64,000 bases of DNA. Origin: Octopus bimaculoides. Its lineage: Eukaryota. Both the position numbers and the translations under genes were made by a program. Positions 1-13,460 of the stretch are shown in pieces; within the stretch, counting starts at the first letter, position 1, and each line of letters begins with the position of its first letter. Where the stretch lies: the NCBI RefSeq assembly GCF_001194135.2, contig NC_068992.1, positions 12,367,047 through 12,431,046 on the forward strand, given 5' to 3'. The notes beneath the pieces are model-generated. The model ran no database searches. It was given only the letters and a program-made list of their open reading frames with translations, and was not told the DNA's origin.

Positions 1-18
1 CAGTTCGGTGAGTGAGGA

Positions 19-19
<1 letters not shown>

Positions 20-90
<71 letters not shown>

Positions 91-96
91 TTAGAG

Positions 97-130
<34 letters not shown>

Positions 131-290
131 GCAGACAAACAGATAGGTAGACAGACAGACAGATAGATAGATGGATAGACAGACAGAAAGACAGGCAGAC
201 AGACAGACAGACAACCAGGCAGATAGACAGACAGAAAGACCGACAGACATACAGATAGATAGATAGATATATATATATAGATAGCTAGAT
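20..290. repeat. (GATA)n/(GACA)n compound microsatellite
   Basis: Directly visible tandem tetranucleotide units. Confidence 0.98.
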
Positions 291-714
291 GCACATATTA
301 TACATACATGAGTCAACACCATCGTAATCATCATTATATTCGTGGTATTACTGTTATCATTTTACTTCTAACTGCCCTCGGCCTTACTGGTCCTGGTTGA
401 TTCTGCGAGAGCGGACAGCAACCTGCTGTTAGTGGTCTCACACGGTCTCTTTCCAGTAATAGTAGTAGTAGTAGTAGTAGTTGTAGTAGTAGTTAAACCA
501 TAATTAATATTGTGATTCAGTAGAAACGAAAGCACACAACACGAGAAATAAGAAAAGAGTTCAATTCAAGTCTTACTTCTCCAAGAAAACGTCTTCATTA
601 ACCAAGAAACGGGTCTCCATTTCAACAGTGAGCCCCTCGTCACCTGACTTCTTCTCGGCTTCGTGTGCCTTAGCCGTCAATTTAGACGTCAATTACGCGT
701 AAATTTACCACCGA

Positions 715-1331
715 AACTTTCCTTCATATGCAACGAAAGCGACAATGGTTAGCAGCCCATTAAAAAGCAGAATCAACCCTGGATCCAAAGATTACACACG
801 ATTAAACTATGCTTTATGTTTTCGAGGGATATTGAAGCTGTCATTAATCGTGAAGTATTAAGCCAAAGCGAAAGAGTTAATGCGAAGAATTATTGTCGTC
901 ATTTAGAAGCATGGAACTAAAACTTGCAGAAAATGCTCTCATTATTGATCAGTTGTAAAGAGCATAGCTCTGCCGAGGTAATACAAGGCCGTATAATATC
1001 CAACCCACTCGGGAAAATATTATTATGCCAATAAATTTGCCTCGTCCACCTTAGTCTACTGACCTTGCCCTATCTATCATCTTTTCAGATCATTCAAACA
1101 TCATTTACAAGGAAATCAGTTTATTAATTTTGACAAGGTTAAACATGATAATGCTTCGAAACATGAACAAATGTACACTTGGGGGATCAACAATTTGTCA
1201 AATAGATACGCTTATGTTATGGAAAATTAGGCGAAATTTTCTGTTGATCAAATATATCGATTAAGAGTAAATAATAATTTTTTTTTATATCCCATCATAA
1301 AATGTGCAAGCACTTTCTTTCCAATCTAATA
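715..1331 (+). mobile_element. Degenerate mariner (DD34D-type) transposon, 3' half with right TIR
   Basis: Frameshifted translation gives LHMQRKRQWLAA, DIEAVINREVLSQSERVNAKNYCRHL and PRPP*STDLALS-YHLFRSFKHHLQGNQF (mariner YSPDLAPSDYHLF motif). Ends cactttctttccaatctaata followed by TA. Confidence 0.85.
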
Positions 1332-1559
1332 TATGTAAAAAGTTTGTTTCACCAAATCCCACTCGGAGTGGGATTAGGTTCAAAGCTAAATCTGGGTTTA
1401 CCACTTTTAGGAATTCATTATTTGAAAGTGAAAACGTAGGTGAATGCTCATAGTAAGTATCCATTAAGAATCGAAACTGGTGTGTATTGATATTGCGTAT
1501 GAATTATTACAGCGATATATCAAATACGACGGCGACAACGACGGTGACATCGACGACGA

Positions 1560-1580
1560 CACAGTAGCAGTAGCAGCAAC

Positions 1581-1614
<34 letters not shown>

Positions 1615-1710
1615 NNNNNNNNNNAGAAGAAGAAGAAGAAGAAGAAGAAGAAGAAGAAGAAGAAGAAGAAGAAGAAGAAGAAGAAGAAGAAGAAGAAGAA
1701 GAAGAAGAAA
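1560..1710. repeat. (AGT)n and (GAA)n trinucleotide tracts split by a 10-N gap
   Basis: Directly visible. Confidence 0.97.
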
Positions 1711-2308
1711 GAGAAAAACAAGAGGAAAAGGGTGAAAATAGGAAGAAGATTGCAGAAAAGTGAAGTAAACGTTTCCCGGTCGCATGTCTTTAGATATCCG
1801 CATATACAGTTGTATATGAATCAGATATTACTCAAGATATGATATTCTCTGTAGGTTAAAGAAAAAAAACCCCCATTTTGTGAGATGTTCGTTCCAAGAT
1901 TTCCTTATGCCATAATGATCTTCACTGTTGAAGTATTCACGGCGTTAGATTTGTTTGCGTAGGTAGTGGAAGATAAATCAGGTTTTATGATGTATTAGAA
2001 GTCACATAGAATATCGTAGGAGGTAGATTTACTTTCCAGTAACGCTTTCACGGAAGCCGTTTACAACGCAGACAATCTGTGAGTGCAGGGAAGGTTATAA
2101 ACGTTTATGCACACACGCATACGCACATACACATATGAAACTGGGATTGGAAAATAAAAAGGGAACTATATAAGGCCTAGCCTATCAAGTAAACACATTT
2201 ATGAAAACATGTTTCCGCATAAAACTGAAAATCCCTCAGTAACAATTTGATTTATTCTAAGATAACAACAACAACAACAACAATAATAATAATAATGATA
2301 GCAATAAT

Positions 2309-3390
2309 AAAGGCATATTGTTGCCAAGTGGTGAACAGGTCAGCAGGCATATAGTTGCCAATGATGAAGGCAGTTCAACCTCAGTCCAGCTATAAATACG
2401 TGGGAATACTTGTGGCAGATGGAATCAAACTAAGCGGCATGTCGGTAACGACAAACAGAGAGTACCTGCCGCGAGTGAGTAAAGTATTGGTTTCAAGGCT
2501 AAATGCCAGAAACGTAATTTCGGCAATAAACTCGTGCGTAGTCGCAGTAGTTCGGTGTGACGTTGGAATCTTGAAGTGGACAGAGGAGGAGCTAAAGGAG
2601 ACGGACAGGAGGTCGTGAAAGCTCCTAACGGTGCATGGAGCATATCATCTATGTGCAAACACCGAACGGCTATATATTAAGAGAGCTAATGGAGGAAGGG
2701 GACTGATGAGTATGGAAGACTGTGTGCGTATTGAAATCGAGTGCTTAATGACATACCATCTGTAATAGAGTGAATGAAACCAATGCCCATATCACGAACG
2801 AATGCCCTAGATTTGCCGAAAACCACTGCAAGATGTGGCGACTTGATCAGGTAGCAAAAGTGCAACATTGGAAACTGTGCGCAAAGTAGGACCTAAAGAG
2901 ATGCAAGACGTGGTGTGAGCAGACAACGCAAATAATGGTGATGTCGGAGACTAGCAAAATCCTCTGGATTTTCCCAATCCAAAGAGACCAGGTGGTAGAG
3001 CATAACAGGCCGGACCTAGTAGTGGTGGGCAATATGCACCACGTATGCTAAGTAGTTGATACTGCATGCAAATTTGACCCACGAATAGTAAAGAAGGAAA
3101 GCGAAAGGATAGATAAATACAACCATCTTGATTACGAAATAGCACGGCTATGGAAAATTAAAAAGGTGAAGATAGTGGCAATTAATGTTGGGTCCTTGGG
3201 AACAGTATCCGAAGCCATCAAGAGGCATCTGCTATGATTGACCAGAAGTAGTCTGTCAAATCATCCTATATGTTTTCAATACAGCAAATATCACATTGAA
3301 AGATATTAATTAGTGTTATTTGTAATACATGTTGGGAAGGCTGTATGAAGAATTTCTGGGATTCATCAACAATAATAACAACAAAATAAT
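2309..3390 (+). mobile_element. 5'-truncated R4/Dong-clade non-LTR retrotransposon (RT thumb to restriction-like endonuclease), degenerate
   Basis: GILLPSGEQ...SYKYVGILVADGIK...EYLPRVSKVLVSRLNARNVISAINSCVVAVVR...WTEEELKETDRR, then LYIKRANGGRGLMSMEDCV. RLE domain at about 2956-3210: KILWIFPIQRDQVVEHNRPDLVVV...DTACKFDPRIVKKESERIDKYNHLDYEIARLWKIKKVKIVAINVGSLGTVS. Starts right after an (AAC)/(AAT) tract at 2263-2308. Confidence 0.9.
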
Positions 3391-3864
3391 TACAATTTTT
3401 CTGTGTTCATAAAATTATAGCTTGTAAAGTAACGATTGTTGTTTTTGTAGCTTTTTGTTGTTTATGTTATCATTTTTGCTTTTATGCTTTCTTCGTTGCC
3501 AGCTTTGATTAGGACATTGAAGTGTACAAGTGTAAGAAATTAAATCATTTTCTTTTATTCATATATACCTACGCTGCAATTCCTTTCTAAATTTAGTTTC
3601 GTGTATTGTTACGGCATTCGAGGATGAAACGGAAACTTATTCCCTTTTAGAAATGTTATCAGACGATGTTTATAGATACATTGATGTTTGTCTTTAGTGT
3701 AAATCAATATTTTTAATTAGCTAAGCCAATTCAAACCACGTAGAAACAGTTTTCCTTTCGGCCGTTTTCTCTGCATTGCTGGAGGAAAGCTCCAAAATAC
3801 CATTGTCGGTTTATCTATGTGGTTTTGACGGATTGCTTCTGTGATTTTGTGATTTTCTGATTAG

Positions 3865-3960
3865 TCTTATGTATCGGCATCGGGGCGGAATTTGAAACCA
3901 GGCGTCAAAATCTTGAACATATACCGCAAAATATTTCGTGCATTACACGACCATTTCTTC
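3865..3960 (-). mobile_element. Degenerate SINE head fragment (Meta/MESC-like family)
   Basis: ggcggaatttgaaacc matches the reverse complement of the family B-box seen in better copies in this window. Confidence 0.45.
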
Positions 3961-5122
3961 CAATTAATCATTCTGTGCTGGTACTTCATGTACCGACTCA
4001 GAAAGAGAAGAAATTATATTGGGCATTGCTGAGTCTTGAACAATGATAGCAAATATTTGTAACGAATGCCGCAAGTTATATTTTCTAAATATCAAGCGAC
4101 TAAGTTAGTTCAACGACATTTTTTGGTATTCACAGTAGTATCTTATTCTGGTTACGTAGATGAATACGATCAACATAAATTTGAAAGCCATTTTTATCGT
4201 TCTAATTTATATCGAATATCAACAATAAAATCATATATAACAGCAGCATAGAGTGTAAGCGAAAACAGGATGACTGAAACATAGCTACAATATAAGTTAT
4301 AACGAGCTGCACACCTAACGTTGGTAGGTCATAATATTAAAGTTCATGGAAATGTTGTTGAGAATATATGCCAGATCTTATTAGAATGTTGAACTGCTGA
4401 CTTACCAAAATCATTCAGTTGTCATCCGCTTAATAGCATTTGGGGTGAGATGATATAGTGGTTTGGACGCTTATTATTATCAGTTTGGTACTTCAACGGA
4501 AGGTGGAGTATGTTTACAGATTTCGAAAGGTGGAGAACTGTGTTATTTCATCTAGTTGTCATGAAAAATTAATTGACTACCAACGGTTTATCTTGTAATG
4601 CAACTCTCTATGGAATGTATTACTATATTTGAAATATTTAGAGAAGTGATAATATGCGAAGACTAATAAATATACCCTAACAAGAATGAGCTACCTACAC
4701 CATAGTCAAATAATTAAAAAAAAATGCCTGTTATTCCACTCTAAATAGGCCTATTTAAATACACTTCGCTAGAATTTTCGGCAGGTGATAAATTACCGGA
4801 TTATCAAAATCTGGTTGTTGATACCCTATAAATACTTATAAAATGAAATCTCTATTCTCACAATGAGAAATACAGTTTTATTGAAATACAAATCAAATCC
4901 AATTTCTTAGTTATAAAGTCTCCCAATATTGTGTTATATCACCAAAAGCAATTGCTTAAATTATGTTCATGTATATAGTATACACATTTAATTTTATGTG
5001 TTAAAATAATAAATTTATTAATGAGATATATCTGATATATCTGCAACAATCTAACTCCCCAAATACTAAGTTCTCTCATTCTTCGATTGTTCTCGGAATA
5101 TTACAAATACTATCAAGGCTAT

Positions 5123-5340
5123 GAAGCTGGCAGAATCGCAATCAGCTCGAGCTAAATGGTTAGCAGCATTTCGTCCGTCTTTGCATTCTGAGTTCAAATT
5201 CTGCCGAATTCGATTTTGCCTTTCATCTTTTCGAGGTCGGAAAAATAAGTACCAGTACAGCGCTGGGGAGTGGGGAACAATGTAACCGACTGTCCCCTTC
5301 CTCCGAAAATGCTAGCCTTGTGCCAAAATGTGGAACCAAT
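5123..5340 (+). mobile_element. tRNA-derived SINE with Meta/MESC-like central domain
   Basis: A-box-like gctggcagaatcg, B-box gagttcaaattc, central gcctttcatcttttcgaggtcggaaaaataagtaccagt, tail gccttgtgccaaaatgtggaaccaat. Several copies occur in the window. Confidence 0.8.
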
Positions 5341-5626
5341 GCTATCGATAAAATTAAGATGAACGAAGGAAGTGGAATGAATAAAAAATGAATACGAAGT
5401 ACGTCTATAAAAATTTTGCGTACGGCAAATTGCCATTAACATAATATTTAAAAACAGATTAACAAAGATCATTTACTTTGCCTGACTGAGACGGTGGCAC
5501 AGATACAGAACCGTTTGGATGAATTAGTAAATTAATTCAATTTAGATGGATTCTTAAAAGTATTTTTCAACATCATATCTTAACTTTTCTATAATGTTTA
5601 TAGTAAAGCTCTTTCTCTCTCTCTCC

Positions 5627-5666
<40 letters not shown>

Positions 5667-6192
5667 NNNNNNNNNNNNNNNNNNNNNNNNNNNNNNNNNN
5701 NNNNNNNNNNNNNNNNNNNNNNNNNNNNNNNNNNNNNNNNNNNNNNNNNNNNNNNNNNNNNNNNNNNNNNNNNNNNNNNNNNNNNNNNNNNNNNNNNNNN
5801 NNNNNNNNNNNNNNNNNNNNNNNNNNNNNNNNNNNNNNNNNNNNNNNNNNNNNNNNNNNNNNNNNNNNNNNNNNNNNNNNNNNNNNNNNNNNNNNNNNNN
5901 NNNNNNNNNNNNNNNNNNNNNNNNNNNNNNNNNNNNNNNNNNNNNNNNNNNNNNNNNNNNNNNNNNNNNNNNNNNNNNNNNNNNNNNNNNNNNNNNNNNN
6001 NNNNNNNNNNNNNNNNNNNNNNNNNNNNNNNNNNNNNNNNNNNNNNNNNNNNNNNNNNNNNNNNNNNNNNNNNNNNNNNNNNNNNNNNNNNNNNNNNNNN
6101 NNNNNNNNNNNNNNNNNNNNNNNNNNNNNNNNNNNNNNNNNNNNNNNNNNNNNNNNNNNNNNNNNNNNNNNNNNNNNNNNNNNNNNNNNNTA

Positions 6193-6228
<36 letters not shown>

Positions 6229-6249
6229 TATATAAATAGAGAAAAGGAT

Positions 6250-6480
6250 AAAAGATAAACAGCCTTAGATTGCCCAACAATACGACCTCTTTGAAAATCT
6301 GACAGTTCTGCTGAACATTTTTTTTGCGTGGCATGGATACTCTCCGCAAATGTTTAATATAATGTCACCTGGAATGAAAAGGAATAATTGCATCGTAAAT
6401 TCTACACCGCTGAAAAACGCTTAGATCAGACATTTTGAAAATTAAAGGTGTTTATTTATATCCTGCATGTCTGTGTATAT
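6250..6480 (-). mobile_element. Tc1-like transposon 5' end with transposase N-terminus
   Basis: Minus strand reads MPRKK(frameshift)SAELSDFQRGRIVGQSKA, matching the Tc1 N-terminal LSDFxRGxIVG motif. Truncated near the gap. Confidence 0.6.
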
Positions 6481-6536
6481 ATGTATACATACTTGTGTGT
6501 GTGTGTGTGTGTCTGTGTGTGTGTGTGTGTGTTTGG

Positions 6537-6575
<39 letters not shown>

Positions 6576-6621
6576 TCTATAGGCATATTTGNNNNNNNNN
6601 NNNNNNNNNNNNNNNNNNNNN

Positions 6622-6661
<40 letters not shown>

Positions 6662-7245
6662 TCTATAGGCATATTTGCTAGGAAGATGGAATATGTCTAT
6701 GGATATGATATATTAGTTATAACGTACTCAATCAGCTGTTTTTATTACGAGCTCTAATGTTTAGCCCGTTTTTACAATGTGACATTGGATAAAATCTGGC
6801 TGGTAGAAACACTTTGGGTGAATCGACGAAATATTAATTGCTTTGGTTATGCAGGCACATTAGACCACGATCGGGTTTGTAATGCTGCATTCTGAGATTG
6901 TGCAATTTCATGTATATTGAACGACTACACGCCAAGACTGGGCACCTTTAAGTAAAGCAACAAAGATGGAGAAGAAAATTAGGCCCCCAAAATGCAAAAA
7001 GAAATTTAATTAATTCTAATGTTATATAAGTATTTATGTGCGTGTATATAAATATGTATATATATATATGTATGTATGTATGTATAAAAAGGTGTGCATG
7101 TGTATAATATTTGTGGTAATTCTAAGATTACGATATGAAAATAAGTTTCGTTTAAACAATATATATGTGAGTGTGTGTGTGTGTGGTTGCTACCATTAAA
7201 GTAATATATTAATACATGTTTGTTGCAAAATGGAAAGAAATACAT

Positions 7246-7620
7246 CAATCATAGCACATTGTCGGTTAAGACGATGAAGGTCCCAGTTGATCCGACCAAT
7301 GGAACTGCTTGCTCGTAAAATTAGCGTGTAAGTGGCTGAGCACTCCACAGACACGTGTACCCTCAACGTAGTTCTTGGGGAGATTCAGCGTGACACCGAG
7401 TGTGACAAGGCCCTTTGAAATACAGTTACAAGAGAAACAAAGAGTGAGAAAAAGTTGTGCTGAAAGAGTAGTGCAGGGTTCGCCACCACCCCCTGTCGGA
7501 ACCTCATGGAGATTTAGGAGTTTTCGCTCAATAAACACTCACAACGCCCGGTCTGGGAATCGAAACCGTGATCCTACGACCGCCACTCTGCTGCCTCAAT
7601 CACTGGGTTATTGTGCCTCC
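7246..7620 (-). mobile_element. tRNA-derived SINE, second family, near full length
   Basis: Reverse complement starts ggaggcacaataacccagtga (A-box like) ... ggatcacggtttcgattcccagaccg (B-box GGTTTCGATTCC), followed by a roughly 300 bp body. Confidence 0.8.
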
Positions 7621-8417
7621 ACTTACATCTATCACATTATATCTCATTCACATAAAAGCAAGAAACATTTCCTTTTAAGTCAAATCTCTCTAGTTTTTGA
7701 GCTAAATTTCAGAACGCTTTATAGAAATAAACAGGGAACCTTTAAGAAAATCAACAAAGAAGGAAAAGAAAAATAAGTCCCCAAAATGCAAAAAGAAATT
7801 TAATTAATTCAAATGTTATATTAAGTTTGTCTGCCGAGTGAACCTTTTCACATGCTTAGCAATGCATCAAGGATATTATAATGTTAAGAATGACAAAATA
7901 ATGAATCGATAGCTGATAATAAAAATTGTGAAGGGATTTCAGAAGATGGGAAACAAATATGTAATATACATAAACCTAAATAATTAAAACAAAAATCTGT
8001 ATGCAGAGGAGTAAGAAATGGGTCGCTAATCACATTTTCGCTGAATAGGTTTCTAGTGGAATTAATCCGAATAGCATTAAACCCAACACGTGGCAGTACA
8101 CAAATAAATTCACATGTACCCCGCCATACGAATACACATAAACAAGCCCACACGCGAGAGCGCGTATATATATATGTATATATATATATATATCAGTAAT
8201 ATTCGTAGTCACTTTAACATGGCTGTCCGTTCGACGGACGGATGGATGGATGGATCTTAAATCGATGGCAAAATCGGTTACAGGGTGACTGAATGCATGA
8301 CATTATTTCATCCATTTTACGTTCTGAGTTCAAATTACTGCCTTTCATCCTTTGTGGNNNNNNNNNNNNNNNNNNNNNNNNNNTATATATATATACATAC
8401 TGATACACACGCACACG

Positions 8418-8449
<32 letters not shown>

Positions 8450-8629
8450 AATATATATATTCATGCTTTTTTTTCAATCTCTGTCACTCTCTGTATATGT
8501 GTATAAGTATGCATACATACAGACAGACAGAGAGACATATATGTATATATATATATATATCAGTAATATTCGTAGTCACTTTAACATGGCTGTCCGTTCG
8601 ACGGACGGATGGATGGATGGATCTTAAAT

Positions 8630-8820
8630 CGATGGCAAAATCGGTTACAGGGTGACTGAATGCATGACATTATTTCATCCATTTTACGTTCTGAGTTCAA
8701 ATTACTGCCTTTCATCCTTTGTGGGTCGATAAAATAAGCACCCGTCAGGCACCGGAATCAATGTAATCGACTATTCCTACCAAACTTTCAGGCCTTTTTC
8801 CTATAGTAGAGAGAATAGTA
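8630..8820 (+). mobile_element. Meta/MESC-like SINE copy (its 5' part is duplicated at about 8263-8357)
   Basis: gagttcaaatt...gcctttcatcctttgtgggtcgataaaataagcacc...caggcctttttcctatagtagagag. Confidence 0.8.
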
Positions 8821-9779
8821 AACATACTGGTGACATGATAAGAACGTATAATCTAATTTCCAATAACCAAATAAATCTGTTGATAAGGATCACCGCAATT
8901 TATCTAATGTAAGGATACAAGTATTTAACTATCAGGAGTTTAATGAGACTGGTACCATTTGTAGAATACCTTTATATTTATTCATAGTATTTAGGAGACA
9001 TTCTTTTTGGCTGCCTTTACTTCTAATGCCGGATGCCAAAAAAAAAAAAAAGGTTTATTTTAAAATCAATCGAAATTAGTTTTGTTTTTCCTATTTCATT
9101 TTTATTCGAGTAGTTTTGTTTCTGATCTTTTCGTATTTGATTTTCTCAAGTTTTCAGTTTTCATTTATGTCTCCGCATTATGAAATTGTGTGCTATACTT
9201 CCTTCCAACAATATTTTCTTTACGAATACATGAAATGAAGATTAAAGTAAATTAAGAAATTTAATTTGTAACGATAGTGAAATGATTGTGAAATCCATGA
9301 ATATTATAATGCTAAAGAAACATCGAGTCTTCTTTATTCGTTTATTTCAATCCTAAAGCAATATTCTTGTGTAAATCAAAAAAGAAAACCAAAAAAGTAT
9401 CTACATACATAAAGATACATACATAAATACACAAGTAATTAATTTAACAATTAACCACAGGCTACAAATGGAGGTGAGAAGGACATTACACTATATCCAG
9501 TTTTCATATACGAAAACCAATATGGCGCTGAAAAAGAATATTTTTCTGCGGGCAAAATAATCTACAGATCACTAAGAGACGATTTTATAGCATTCAAGCT
9601 ACTGTATTCAAACAATGATTTTAGAGGGCAAAGTGTAATTTGAATTATCCACGGTCCAACGAACTTCAGCAGATATCCGAAAATGTTTTCTCTATACTGA
9701 ACTCAAGAGACAAATAACTGATAATATATTTTACTATTCTGTCTAAAGATGGGATCTACAATGTCTGTAAAATGTTTCA

Positions 9780-9967
9780 CTAATTTTGCATGCATACGAA
9801 CGTGCGTACGTCTGTATATGCATACATATATACATACATATGTACATATATACATACATGCGTACATGCATAGATACATGCATGCATACATAAAACCATA
9901 CATATATACAACATGCATACATAAAACCATACATATATAAAACATGCATACATATATACATACATAC

Positions 9968-9998
<31 letters not shown>

Positions 9999-10005
9999 CA
10001 CGTAC
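9780..10005. repeat. Degenerate (CATA)n/(TA)n low-complexity tract
   Basis: Directly visible. Confidence 0.9.
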
Positions 10006-10618
10006 GAAGACGAACAAAGTTCGAAATCACTGTGATATGGGTATGTCTGATTTCCTTTTCGATTCTTTTCGCGTATGGTACAGGGTCTTAAAATTTTGCT
10101 GTTCGTTCTCTTGATTTCGCCCTTGTGTACAACTCAAAACTGTGGTTTTGAGTCGTTTAGACTGCTAATTTTCATATGCTGGTGCTGCAAGTAGTACCCT
10201 TCATTGTTGATTAATAATTTTGCTATTATGGTTCCTTTACGCATGCTAGCCGCTGACATTAATGTAAATTTTTAACAATAATCTATCTATATATATATAT
10301 ATATATTTAATCCTTTGTATCTCTGTCTGTTCTGGATGTATTCTCACACGGCTCAAGCAAATCAAATCAAATTTTACATGGCAATACTATGAGGCCCCAG
10401 GAGTGTCAACATGTACTTTCTTGCATCAAAATAATTCAACATTGGCACTTGTTCCGTATTACGTCTCAAAACTCGAAGACTAAAAGTGAAACATCGACTG
10501 AGTAACAATTATAAATATTTTCAACTTTAATAGTTTCACTTTTAATATTTAGACTTTTATGCTTTCACTTTTCATAGTTTCAATATGTATATATACATGT
10601 ATGCATATACATATATAC

Positions 10619-10665
<47 letters not shown>

Positions 10666-11199
10666 NNNNNNNNNNNNNNNNNNNNNNNNNNNNNNNNNNN
10701 NNNNNNNNNNNNNNNNNNNNNNNNNNNNNNNNNNNNNNNNNNNNNNNNNNNNNNNNNNNNNNNNNNNNNNNNNNNNNNNNNNNNNNNNNNNNNNNNNNNN
10801 NNNNNNNNNNNNNNNNNNNNNNNNNNNNNNNNNNNNNNNNNNNNNNNNNNNNNNNNNNNNNNNNNNNNNNNNNNNNNNNNNNNNNNNNNNNNNNNNNNNN
10901 NNNNNNNNNNNNNNNNNNNNNNNNNNNNNNNNNNNNNNNNNNNNNNNNNNNNNNNNNNNNNNNNNNNNNNNNNNNNNNNNNNNNNNNNNNNNNNNNNNNN
11001 NNNNNNNNNNNNNNNNNNNNNNNNNNNNNNNNNNNNNNNNNNNNNNNNNNNNNNNNNNNNNNNNNNNNNNNNNNNNNNNNNNNNNNNNNNNNNNNNNNNN
11101 NNNNNNNNNNNNNNNNNNNNNNNNNNNNNNNNNNNNNNNNNNNNNNNNNNNNNNNNNNNNNNNNNNNNNNNNNNNNNNNNNNNNNNNNNNNNNNNNNNN

Positions 11200-11230
<31 letters not shown>

Positions 11231-12834
11231 CATATATACATATACGTATAATTAATGTCAGTGCCTGTGTAGGGAATAGGAAAATGTTTTCCCGGCAATA
11301 TCTGTGGATGTGGGTATCTTTTAAGAACTGGTCCCATGAGACAAACAGAACCATAAGTGTAAAGCATAATTTTGCCTTAGTGCATAATGTTCTTAATAGA
11401 CAGTTATGATCTTCCTCATTCGCGTATCGCCCAGCATATATGTATGTGATCCAATTAAGAAGACAACGAAAGAGCTTAGCTCATCGTTAATGACCAATTG
11501 CAGCTATTTCCGTGCCATTCTTCTTTTAACGCCATTGTACGCAAACGGTCCACGTGATACGTTACGTAACATTTGCCATTTTATACACTAAAGTGGCATT
11601 TGATCAGTCTTGCAGCAAAAGATACAGTCTTATGCATGTATGCATGCATGTATGCGTGTATTTATGAATGTTTACGTGTAGAGTTGTATTCTCGTGCACA
11701 TAGCTGCATATCTAAACATATTAATGTATACTTAAATGACAAATTCTGGAAAGTTTTACAGATCTTTACAGTTCCAGCGATTGATTGCAGCTCTAGTCAA
11801 CGAATCAAACGTCACCTTTTAGAAGCTTAATTACTCAAGATTGACATGTATATGTGTGTGTGTATATATGTATGTATGCATGTACGTATGTATGTATGAA
11901 TATACGTACGTAGAGTAAATACGCATTAACATACATTCATATACACATATATACATTAGATACTTATTTCAAAAACATATTTATCAGGAACATGAATTTA
12001 AATTGCTTACACTGCAGATATTGACAAGTAATATATAACGGCTGCAAGGATAAATGAAACGCTGTATAAGGTACAAGAAAATGTATAGAAACATCCAGAT
12101 TCTTGTATCTATATTATATTTTCCTCTCAAATTGAAAAAAATATATNNNNNNNNNNNNNNNNNNNNNNNNNNNNNNNNNNNNNNNNNNNNNNNNNNNNNN
12201 NNNNNNNNNNNNNNNNNATACATACTTGTATGTATGTGTGATTATGTATCTTTGTGTGCCCGTGTATAAGTGTGTGAGACGATATGTGTGAGTGTTTATA
12301 AAAAAACTATTCCATAGAACAATGGATAATGTTTTCCCAGCAGTAGCAGAATTGGGAAACGCCATATTCATTAAATATAATCCCATTGTTCCCAGTTACG
12401 GACTAATAATAACGAATTACAAAACCGGGCACCCAAATGGAACGACATAAGCAAAATCTCAAACCCGAAACAAAGAAAAGTGAAACGGGACCGATTCAGT
12501 AACATTTGACCAAAGATTGAGATACACGTGAGAATAAGTAATATAAAGGTTTCTTTTGAGGTTAGTGGTGGAATTGCTACCAGCATAGATAAAAAAATAT
12601 TATAGTGTTGTGATGCAAAACGAAAAACAAACAACCAACCCCAAAACATTCATTGGAAACATATGTTACGTATAATTTATGTTTTGAATTATATGTGAAA
12701 TTAGAAAAGATAGTTGAATAGATGGAAATATTTCACTATAGTGAATAAAATAAACAGCAATGTAAAATATAAATTCCCTCTATGGTTATCTTTCTACTTA
12801 TATAATAATCTCTCGCTTTCTCTCCTTCTCTCAT

Positions 12835-12856
12835 CTTATCTATCTATCTATCTATA

Positions 12857-12949
<93 letters not shown>

Positions 12950-13356
12950 TTATCATTATATGACATTATATTACATATATATAAACATAGGCATACATAT
13001 GTATGTGCATATATATATATTTACATGTGTGTGTCTGTGTTTGTGTGTATGCACGTATGTGTCCTTTTCTCTGTGTGTGCATGTGTATATATGTCCACAA
13101 ACATAGACTCGTACATACATAAATGTGAATATAAGTTTATATATGCATCTTTATACGTATATACATATATATACATATGTACATATAAGTATATACTCTA
13201 TGTATATATATATATATATATTTGTGTGTGTATGTATGTGCAATCGTATATATATATACGAGTATAAACACGCATATATATGTATATATATATATATATG
13301 TGTGTGTGTGTATGTGTGTGCAATCGTATATATATATACGAGTATAAACACGCATA

Positions 13357-13394
<38 letters not shown>

Positions 13395-13460
13395 TATATA
13401 TATATACATATATACACATATATATATACATGTATATATATATACATACTTATATATATN
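12835..13460. repeat. (TATC)n/(TA)n/(TG)n compound microsatellite with an internal ~80-bp-period duplication (about 13240-13370)
   Basis: Directly visible; gcaatcgtatatatatatacgagtataaacacgcatata occurs twice. Confidence 0.9.

Noticed and set aside
4406-4610. Strong minus-strand donor ttg|GTAAGT
   Set aside because: Every frame from the nearby acceptors hits a stop before the donor.
8170-8724. Exact ~188-bp duplication (8170-8357 and 8537-8724)
   Set aside because: The copies are identical and sit either side of a short gap, the signature of unmerged contig overlap.
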